DNA of 24,000 nucleotides from contig NZ_CAXMZT010000004.1 of the NCBI RefSeq assembly GCF_964199965.1, positions 198,213-222,212 of the forward strand, read 5' to 3'. Shown piece by piece: positions 16,533 to 22,643 of this stretch. Under the pieces are notes generated by a model, which worked only from the letters and a program-made list of their open reading frames with translations, had not been told where the DNA came from and did not search any database. Source of the DNA: Legionella sp. W05-934-2. Its GTDB lineage: Bacteria > Pseudomonadota > Gammaproteobacteria > Legionellales > Legionellaceae. How positions within the stretch are numbered: position 1 is the stretch's first letter; each line of letters begins with the position of its first letter. Position numbers and translations under genes: made by a program.

Positions 16533-17336
16533 ATGAGAAAAAATCAGCTCAGACAACAAGTAGATCATTATTGTTATCATGATCACACCGGTTCATTCCG
16601 TGCTAAAAAGCACCGACATTTTGTATTACACAAAATGATTCGTGATTTATATCATATTGGGCATGTTCCCCCAAAATGGCATGGGGTTACTCATGATCAT
16701 ATTATGCAACTTGTTGGACATTGGCAAAAAGAGCAGATCAAGCCCAAAACCATCATGAAGTATATGACCATCATTCGTAGATTTTTTCAGAGCATTGACC
16801 ATACAATCCCTGACATTAGTAATCAACATTTGAGAATTAAAAGCGCTAATCTTCGCGCCAAGACAATCCACCTTCCAAATAATAGTTTTGAAACGATAAA
16901 AAATCCTATTGCAAAAATATTGCTCGAATTCCAAATTTATTTTGGATTAACGCTCAGCGAAGCAATGCGTCTAAATCCTGCCATTCATATCCAGGAAAAT
17001 TCACTTTGGATTACAAGAGACATTGCCACAAACAGCCATGACCGGAGGATTCCTGTTAGAAATGATATGCAAGCTGAAATAAATAACTCACTTCAAAAAC
17101 TATGCAAAGAGCAAAGTTTGATTTTAACTTATGGGTATCATTCTGTACGAGGTGCGTACAGTCATGAAATGAAAAAAATAGGTCTCCCATCATCAAAGAG
17201 CTACCGCTGTTTTTATGCCAAGAATATGTATCCAAAACTGAGTCAAGTCTTATCCCCTTACTTGGCTAAACAAACCATCATGCGTGAAATGGGGCTACAA
17301 TCCAGACGCACGTTGTGGAGTTATCTGCATGAGTAA
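16533..17336 (+). CDS. Tyrosine-recombinase paralog with degenerate active site (likely non-catalytic partner)
   Basis: 267 aa. AGAGG SD. Colinear with the downstream recombinase, but GLTLSE replaces GLRREE (Arg I lost) and MGLQSRRTLWSYL replaces LGHSRLSITRIY (His lost, Tyr kept). HSVRG keeps HxxR. Confidence 0.7.
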   Translation: MRKNQLRQQVDHYCYHDHTGSFRAKKHRHFVLHKMIRDLYHIGHVPPKWHGVTHDHIMQLVGHWQKEQIKPKTIMKYMTIIRRFFQSIDHTIPDISNQHLRIKSANLRAKTIHLPNNSFETIKNPIAKILLEFQIYFGLTLSEAMRLNPAIHIQENSLWITRDIATNSHDRRIPVRNDMQAEINNSLQKLCKEQSLILTYGYHSVRGAYSHEMKKIGLPSSKSYRCFYAKNMYPKLSQVLSPYLAKQTIMREMGLQSRRTLWSYLHE

Positions 17337-18228
17337 TACAAAATTGCGTTCGGCAAAATTTTCAATCAACGAATTGGTTAAAAAAGCATATGGCCATTCC
17401 TATGCCAGCCAATCAGACATGCGTCATATGCTCTTTCGATGTGTGAAAGATTTACATGAGCTTGGCTATAAAATTGGCCATATAAAAGGATTAAAAGCAA
17501 AACATATCTACGTGCTCATAGATCACTGGAAATCTGAAGGAAAAAACCCAGGAACAATTAAAAACTACATGGCCAAACTACGCAAAGCAGCCTGTCTGTT
17601 GGATAATCCCAAACTTATTAAGCCAGAAAATAGTGCATACAACATCAGCCAACGCTCTTATGTATCCTCAATCAACAAGGCGATTCATCATATTGATTTA
17701 AATAAGTGCACCGATCCTTACATTAGATTATCCCTTGAAGGCCAAATGCTCTTTGGCTTAAGGCGTGAAGAATCCATGAAATTCACACTAAGCGAAGCAC
17801 ACCATGAAGATAGCTTGATCATTAAACCCAGTTGGACAAAAGGAGGTATAGGCAGAACATTAAACATCACAAATGAAGCACAACGTCAATGGTTAACGAA
17901 GGTTTCTCAGTTAGTTCGTACAGGAGAATCTCTCATCCCATCAAATAGGACCTATAAGCAGCACTTAAGTCAGTATGAAGAGCAAGCTAAATCTATGGGA
18001 GTTAGTAAATTGCATGGATTAAGACATGCCTACGCCCAGAAACGATATAGAGAACTCACTAAATTATTTGATCCACAAAGCCAAGGAATGCCATGTCCAT
18101 TTGAAGGTGGAAAAAAATTCAACGCCATGAATCCAATAGAAAAAGCCATAGATAGAAAGGCACGTCAAATGATTAGCCTCGAATTAGGGCACTCTCGCCT
18201 GTCGATCACAAGGATCTATTGCGGCTGA
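17329..18228 (+). CDS. Small tyrosine recombinase (phage-integrase family) with a full catalytic set
   Basis: 299 aa from ATG 17329 (8-nt overlap with the upstream gene; this start aligns with the paralog N-terminus). Arg I in FGLRREES. Lys in WTKGG. HGLRHAYA (HxxR). LGHSRLSITRIY (His and Tyr nucleophile). Confidence 0.8.
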   Translation: MSNTKLRSAKFSINELVKKAYGHSYASQSDMRHMLFRCVKDLHELGYKIGHIKGLKAKHIYVLIDHWKSEGKNPGTIKNYMAKLRKAACLLDNPKLIKPENSAYNISQRSYVSSINKAIHHIDLNKCTDPYIRLSLEGQMLFGLRREESMKFTLSEAHHEDSLIIKPSWTKGGIGRTLNITNEAQRQWLTKVSQLVRTGESLIPSNRTYKQHLSQYEEQAKSMGVSKLHGLRHAYAQKRYRELTKLFDPQSQGMPCPFEGGKKFNAMNPIEKAIDRKARQMISLELGHSRLSITRIYCG

Positions 18229-18282
18229 AAATCAATCAAAACGTGTTTTAAATTTAAAAATAAAACACGTTTTGATTGATTT
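18229..18282. repeat. Perfect 22-bp inverted repeat with 10-nt spacer, directly after the recombinase stop codon
   Basis: AAATCAATCAAAACGTGTTTTA (18229-18250), AATTTAAAAA, TAAAACACGTTTTGATTGATTT (18261-18282). Read directly. Confidence 0.9.
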
Positions 18283-18285
18283 GCT

Positions 18286-18294
18286 TGTTATAAT
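18286..18294 (+). promoter_or_regulatory. Predicted extended -10 promoter element (TGtTATAAT)
   Basis: TG at 18286-18287 and consensus TATAAT at 18289-18294. No good -35. Lies ~24 nt upstream of HHR-B. Confidence 0.5.
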
Positions 18295-18317
18295 AGTTTA
18301 GAGTACTAGGTATATAA

Positions 18318-18366
18318 CACAACTGAAGAGCCAGTGAGAGTCTGGCGAAACCCAATTGGTCTTGTG
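18318..18366 (+). ncRNA. Type I hammerhead self-cleaving ribozyme motif (HHR-B)
   Basis: The RNA reads CACAA CUGAAGA GCCAG-UGAGAGU-CUGGC GAA ACC-CAAUU-GGU C|UUGUG. The core is complete and the stems differ from HHR-A by compensatory changes. Predicted cleavage is after C18361. Confidence 0.8.
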
Positions 18367-18369
18367 AAA

Positions 18370-18416
18370 AGCCACTATCATTCCCTAATCTTGTGGCAGA
18401 ACGTTAAGTCGGGAAC
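18370..18416 (+). ncRNA. Conserved hairpin/pseudoknot leader B, following HHR-B
   Basis: P1 is 18371-18375 with 18393-18397. Loop UUCCC (18381-18385) is complementary to GGGAA (18411-18415). The U-A pair of copy A is replaced here by C-G. Confidence 0.6.
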
Positions 18417-18636
18417 CTCAGTTTCGATCACTGATCACCCACCAGGGTGAAACCACATTAAAACCTCTTGTTTTAAACCTTTTTATCCATTCGCAATTAT
18501 TCTTTGCGAACGGCTGCTCTTTAAAAATTAGGCGAATCAACCAGACTTGTTGTAATCAAATATGGATAACTCATTTTTTAATCATCTGGGAAATACTTCC
18601 CTGATGGGATGGTTTTCCCAATTTTTGGAGAAAACC

Positions 18637-18822
18637 ATGAAAAATGTGAATTTTACCATCCCAAGAAAGGAATACGTATTTTTTGATTTAGCTTGTTGCA
18701 TCAATGAACTTAATACCTTGCGTCATGAGTTTTCGGCACAAGATATAGAGGAAATGAAACAGCTAAGCAAGAAATTGCATTCTCTTTTAGAGGATCAACA
18801 TCCTCAATTCAGTTTAGTTTAA
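18637..18822 (+). CDS. Small hypothetical protein (61 aa) upstream of ardA
   Basis: I prefer ATG 18637 (GGAG 6 nt upstream) over track start 18562, which has no SD. No recognisable family. Confidence 0.45.
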   Translation: MKNVNFTIPRKEYVFFDLACCINELNTLRHEFSAQDIEEMKQLSKKLHSLLEDQHPQFSLV

Positions 18823-18866
18823 CCCTAAGTAGGAGTGCTTATTTCTGCTTAGGGAGTAGCACTCCT
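18823..18866 (+). promoter_or_regulatory. Interleaved complementary segments (A-B-A'-B'), directly upstream of the ardA SD
   Basis: CCCTAAG (18823-18829) pairs with CTTAGGG (18848-18854). AGGAGTGCT (18831-18839) pairs with AGCACTCCT (18858-18866), followed by TTTTG. The arrangement implies mutually exclusive hairpins or a pseudoknot. Confidence 0.5.
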
Positions 18867-18885
18867 TTTGCAAGGAGTCTTAAAA

Positions 18886-19392
18886 ATGGATACACCTCAG
18901 ATTTATGTTGCATGTCTTGCAGCTTATAACAATGGCATACTACACGGAGAATGGATTGATGCAACTCAAGATGCAAACACCATTTATGATGAAATTCATG
19001 AAATGTTGGCTAAAAGCCCCATTGAGGATGCAGAGGAATTTGCGATCCATGATTTTGAAGGATTTGGTGGTGCACAAATTGGTGAGTATGACAGCATCAA
19101 TGATGTTGCGGAGCTTGCCTCCTTCATTATGAAGCATGGGGAATTAGGTGCTGAACTTTTTAGCTACTACTCTATTGAAGACGCAGAGAGGATGTTAGAG
19201 GAAAATTATCACGGAGCTTATGATAATGAAGTTGATTTCGCCCGTGCGCTTTTTGACGACTGCTACAGCAGTACAATACCGGAGGATTTGCTATTTTATT
19301 TTGATTATGAAGCTTTTGCGCGTGATCTATTTATAAGCGATTATTTTTCGGTAGAAGCAGATGGTCAAACGCATGTTTTTTATAATTACTAA
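18886..19392 (+). CDS. ardA: ArdA-family antirestriction protein (DNA mimic)
   Basis: 168 aa from ATG 18886 (AAGGAG 8 nt upstream). The N-terminus QIYVACLAAYNNGILHGEWIDA and EEFAIHDFEGF match the ArdA family signature as I recall it. Strongly acidic overall. Confidence 0.8.
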   Translation: MDTPQIYVACLAAYNNGILHGEWIDATQDANTIYDEIHEMLAKSPIEDAEEFAIHDFEGFGGAQIGEYDSINDVAELASFIMKHGELGAELFSYYSIEDAERMLEENYHGAYDNEVDFARALFDDCYSSTIPEDLLFYFDYEAFARDLFISDYFSVEADGQTHVFYNY

Positions 19393-19416
19393 GCCCCTTT
19401 TTTTGGGGCTTTTATT
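19392..19416 (+). terminator. Rho-independent terminator after ardA (shared with the convergent abiEii)
   Basis: AGCCCC (19392-19397), TTTTTTT, GGGGCT (19405-19410), followed by TTTATT. Confidence 0.8.
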
Positions 19417-19417
19417 G

Positions 19418-20341
19418 CTATCTTGAGTTTAATTTTTCCACCGTTGCTATAGCTTGCTCGAAACCAGGTTTTTCTAACTGATAAACCATTTGCTCCAGAA
19501 AAAATCTCCAATGCTCTTCCCACTTTTTATCTGAGCGAAGGTAATGTAATGCTGATATTGATTTCTCATATACGCTATCAGAAGATTCACAGCCAAACAT
19601 CTCCTGCTCTTTTTCTAAGACCTTTTCCAGTACAAGGTAATAATTTTCTGTAAGGCAATTTTGTTGCTGCAATTGATGAAGATCATACAAATGCCTGACT
19701 AAGTGCTTATCTGAGTCGCGCGCGGTTTGATTTGCATCTACGATTCGGCGTGACAATGCTACCCATTTTTCCGCTGCAGTTTCATCTAATGCAACGCAAG
19801 GCACTGGAAAATACTGGTGATCACACTCTGCATCGCCCAAAGTTACTTTAACCATTGAGGAAATGTTCCGCATTTCAGGATTTAACTCCAACGTACCAAG
19901 AAAACAATCAATGGCAATATGGGGCTTCAAATAAATAATGCCTTGAGCACCATCAAAGGAAGCACGAATACTCATATATCGTCCTTCATAAAAGACCTTA
20001 ATATCCTGAGGTTGAACATTAAAGCCGGCATTAATTAATGATTCAACCAATGCACGCCGGAATAATCGCAACTCTCGTCGTCTTGCATCTTTACCTAAAT
20101 TGAGACAAGCAGGCTTAGAAATTACTCGGAAATCGATATCCTCCGAGAGTCTGCTTATCACTCCATAACCTTTAGAAAGACTAGTACCCCCTTGAAATAC
20201 CAACTCAAAATAATCATTAGATATTCCAACTAATAAACGAATTGCTTTTGTAACGAAATAATCTTTGCGAATAAAATCTGCGGGCAATCCTAAGATAATA
20301 GCAGTTTGACGAATTTGCTTTTCATTTAATTCACCTGGCAT
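19418..20341 (-). CDS. abiEii: AbiEii/AbiGii-family nucleotidyltransferase toxin (DUF1814)
   Basis: 307 aa. Motif FQGGTSLSKGYGVISRLSEDIDFRV (GGT...R.SeDiDf). An 11-nt overlap with the upstream antitoxin gene. Confidence 0.8.
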   Translation of the reverse strand: MPGELNEKQIRQTAIILGLPADFIRKDYFVTKAIRLLVGISNDYFELVFQGGTSLSKGYGVISRLSEDIDFRVISKPACLNLGKDARRRELRLFRRALVESLINAGFNVQPQDIKVFYEGRYMSIRASFDGAQGIIYLKPHIAIDCFLGTLELNPEMRNISSMVKVTLGDAECDHQYFPVPCVALDETAAEKWVALSRRIVDANQTARDSDKHLVRHLYDLHQLQQQNCLTENYYLVLEKVLEKEQEMFGCESSDSVYEKSISALHYLRSDKKWEEHWRFFLEQMVYQLEKPGFEQAIATVEKLNSR

Positions 20342-20783
20342 TTATACCACCTTCAAAAATCAGTTTCCTACCCTCTGCATGAATAGAACCACGATATCGA
20401 CTTTTTAATCGCACACTAAAAACAGCTGGTACCTGGGTAGTTTTCCCCGCATTATAATCGCGGATAGCACTTCCTAATTCCCATTTAATTCCTAATTTAT
20501 CTAGCGCCTCTGTTACAACTGTTTCAAAGGGCTCTGTTAGTACAGCTTGTATCTTTCTACCAGGGATACTCATAGGCTCAGCTTTGGCAAATAAGCCGTG
20601 TGCAATTTTAATGATAATGCCCTCGTCCATAAAAGTACGCAGTGCACGATTTAATCTTAATTGTGATTGATTAGAATGATCTTGTATTAAATCACTCCTT
20701 GAAAATACATGGCTGGTGATACGATCAATTTTTTTTCTTAATTCATCACGAAAAGTATTATTGTAATGGTTTTTCCTGTTCAT
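20331..20783 (-). CDS. abiEi: AbiEi-like antitoxin / transcriptional autoregulator
   Basis: 150 aa. Immediately upstream of and overlapping abiEii. The winged-helix-like N-terminus (VFSRSDL...LNRALRTFMDEGIIIKIAHGLFAK) fits the AbiEi/DUF6088 pattern. Confidence 0.65.
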   Translation of the reverse strand: MNRKNHYNNTFRDELRKKIDRITSHVFSRSDLIQDHSNQSQLRLNRALRTFMDEGIIIKIAHGLFAKAEPMSIPGRKIQAVLTEPFETVVTEALDKLGIKWELGSAIRDYNAGKTTQVPAVFSVRLKSRYRGSIHAEGRKLIFEGGINAR

Positions 20784-20797
20784 AACTGATTACCATA

Positions 20798-20854
20798 ACG
20801 TCATAAATAGTCATTTTTATTATAGCACAATATTACGTCACAAATAGTCATTTT
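20798..20854 (-). promoter_or_regulatory. abiE promoter with two 20-bp direct-repeat operators
   Basis: ACGTCATAAATAGTCATTTT (20798-20817) and ACGTCACAAATAGTCATTTT (20835-20854) match at 19/20. They flank a - strand extended -10 (TGcTATAAT; TATAAT is the complement of 20819-24). Confidence 0.6.
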
Positions 20855-20931
20855 AATAAATAATTGATAATTTACCTCACAAGAAGCTAAAATAGCCTCG
20901 CGTGAGATTTGCGTGTTTGAGTACGACGCAG

Positions 20932-20949
20932 TACGCCATAATACGCCAT
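20932..20949. repeat. Tandem TACGCCAT direct repeat with 10-bp period near the tRNA-fragment junction (candidate arm-type recombinase/RDF site)
   Basis: TACGCCAT at 20932-20939 and 20942-20949. Related TACGACGCA (20922-20930) and TTACGCAGC (20962-20970) lie nearby. Confidence 0.4.
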
Positions 20950-21013
20950 TTGTAGTGGTTGTTACGCAGCAAATTTCATAATAAAATCAAGTGGTTAAAA
21001 TAGAGATTGATGG

Positions 21014-21058
21014 CTCATAATCCGTTGGTCCTAGGTTCGAGTCCTAGTGGGCCCACCA
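21014..21058 (+). other. 3' fragment of a tRNA with CAU anticodon (Met or Ile2): att-type junction repeat, not a complete gene
   Basis: Anticodon loop CTCATAA, then TCCGT, variable loop TGGTC, T arm CTAGG-TTCGAGT-CCTAG, acceptor strand TGGGCCC, A, CCA. There is no complementary GGGCCCA acceptor strand, D arm or ACGGA anticodon-stem strand upstream. Confidence 0.75.
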
Positions 21059-21066
21059 ATAAAATC

Positions 21067-21086
21067 AAGCACTTACGGTGCTTTTC
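21067..21086 (+). terminator. Probable native terminator of the tRNA locus
   Basis: AAGCAC (21067-21072), TTACG, GTGCTT (21078-21083), followed by TTC. The U run is short. Confidence 0.45.
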
Positions 21087-21219
21087 AAAAAACTCGAAAA
21101 ATTCATGTAGACGCAATGTAGACAGATAAATATGGCAACTATTCACAACTGAAGCTAGTTGTACACTATGGAAAATAAATCAAGTAACAACTCGTATTGA
21201 TATAAAAAGGAACTTAACA

Positions 21220-22635
21220 ATGAACCAAAAAAACCTAGCAATCTTAGGTCTCGCTATCACAATATCAACCCTTCCTTGCTCTTTAACCTTTGCAAAGAAG
21301 ATTTATCCCGCTGAAATTATGGGAAGAGATTTACTCATCCCAGGACTTGGATGGGCTGGCCATGTAGGTATTTCCACAACTTATATGATGTCTCCAAAAG
21401 GCATGGAAAAAAATGCTGATCAAGTAATAGAAGTACTAAATGAAAACCCAGTCGGTCAAATCAACTCTATCAGTAATTTTAAATCTCGCTCAAAATATTG
21501 GGGAAGTAAATATGGGGTAGCAGACAGAGGTGTGATTGGTTATAACATACTCGTTGAAGCAAACCATCAACGTTGGTGGTGCCCAAAATACACAAACGAT
21601 ACTAAATATCACATTGGTCGGGGTGTGCCAACAACTGGAGACATTCTGGAATGTGGTACTTGGCGATGTGATACTTATGCATGGTGGGCATTCTACAGTC
21701 AAGGTTTAGATACGATGCCTGGACGTGTTTGGTTACCAAAAAAATTATTTGATTATTTCCCCCGCTTTAATGATGAAAGATTAATAGACGAGCAAACTGA
21801 ACGGAATCCAGACATTGTACCGAATAAATCATTAGAGAATGTTACGGCGGAAGAACTTAATGATATGCTATATGAGGAATTCCAAATGATTATGGACGCT
21901 CCCCCAGTTCACTATGTGACCTCACCATCAACTGTTCAAATGCAATTTGCACATAATTCAAATTTAAATGATGTTAAACGTGGAATTATGATTGATAGGC
22001 TTATTGCTGATGACGCTGAACCTGACTTGGTTAGGAAGTTATTAAACTTGTATAACGAGACAAAAAACGTAGAAGTGAAAAATAAAATTGTTCAGGGTTT
22101 AATGACTTATAACCAGCGACATAGAAATGTTCAGTCTTATATCAATAATGACAAGCCTCTGTTAAAAGCTTTCTTTGCAGAGTTACTGTCTTCCAAATCC
22201 TTAAATCCTAAAATGGCTGATGACGTTATAAGAGGCTTTATCGATACTCACTCTACTGAAGAAATCATGGCCAACTTAGACAAGATAAATAAATTGTTAC
22301 CCACTGTCGGCCATTATTCTTCTATCATGTTGAAGTACACATTAGTGCACAAGTCTAAAGAACTTCAAAAAATCTATATCAAGTCGATTGTGGAAGAGCT
22401 TAGGGAAGCTAACAATTCTGATTTAGATAGCTATTTCTTTGGGCCATTATCCATTGGGTATCAAGGCTCAGGGAAGAATCTGCTTGAACCTGAGTCTAAG
22501 CAAATTGTCGCTGACTATTTAAAGGAAGTTCGACACAAATACACTTCTCAGGCCATCAAGGCCAACCCCAAAGACACTCACCGTGCAACAACTGCCCCCT
22601 ACTATTTTGAATTAATCAAATACATGGGTAAATAA
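21220..22635 (+). CDS. Secreted 471-aa protein: possible permuted papain-fold (YiiX/C92, NlpC/P60-LRAT-like) N-domain plus helical-repeat C-domain
   Basis: AAGGA SD. Signal peptide MNQKNLAILGLAITISTLPCSLTFA. His-before-Cys pattern (GWAGHVGIST ... VIEVL ... WRCDTYAWWAF). The C-terminal ~290 aa look alpha-helical and repeat-like. Confidence 0.35.
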   Translation: MNQKNLAILGLAITISTLPCSLTFAKKIYPAEIMGRDLLIPGLGWAGHVGISTTYMMSPKGMEKNADQVIEVLNENPVGQINSISNFKSRSKYWGSKYGVADRGVIGYNILVEANHQRWWCPKYTNDTKYHIGRGVPTTGDILECGTWRCDTYAWWAFYSQGLDTMPGRVWLPKKLFDYFPRFNDERLIDEQTERNPDIVPNKSLENVTAEELNDMLYEEFQMIMDAPPVHYVTSPSTVQMQFAHNSNLNDVKRGIMIDRLIADDAEPDLVRKLLNLYNETKNVEVKNKIVQGLMTYNQRHRNVQSYINNDKPLLKAFFAELLSSKSLNPKMADDVIRGFIDTHSTEEIMANLDKINKLLPTVGHYSSIMLKYTLVHKSKELQKIYIKSIVEELREANNSDLDSYFFGPLSIGYQGSGKNLLEPESKQIVADYLKEVRHKYTSQAIKANPKDTHRATTAPYYFELIKYMGK

Positions 22636-22643
22636 AATTTATT

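Larger units (their letters stand above)
1..21058. mobile_element. Distal part of an integrative conjugative element / genomic island: MPF_G-type T4SS operon plus cargo, ending at a tRNA 3'-fragment repeat
   Basis: Co-directional transfer operon 1-14461 whose gene order and sizes match ICEHin1056/PFGI-1/ICEclc-type T4SS. Cargo carries recombinases, ArdA and AbiE. A 45-nt tRNA 3' half without a 5' half sits at 21014-21058, in the orientation expected for the far junction of a tRNA-integrated element. Confidence 0.6.

Noticed and set aside
20924-20970. CTGCGT(C/A)N half-site motif of H1 recurring near the tRNA junction (complement of CGACGCAG and TTACGCAG)
   Set aside because: The shared part is only 6-7 nt, and the hexamer also occurs inside traD (12279-12284). 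I cannot separate this from chance without a genome-wide count.
20985-21058. A complete tRNA gene
   Set aside because: Only the 3' half folds. Upstream there is no GGGCCCA acceptor strand, no D arm, and GATGG instead of the ACGGA needed to pair with TCCGT. I called it a junction fragment instead.
21144-21154. 11-mer CACAACTGAAG, identical to the start of HHR-B, as a possible third hammerhead
   Set aside because: The core continues CUGAAGC (A9 replaced by C). No stem II hairpin, no GAA, and no stem III with a GUC triplet follows. It is at most a remnant or a chance match.
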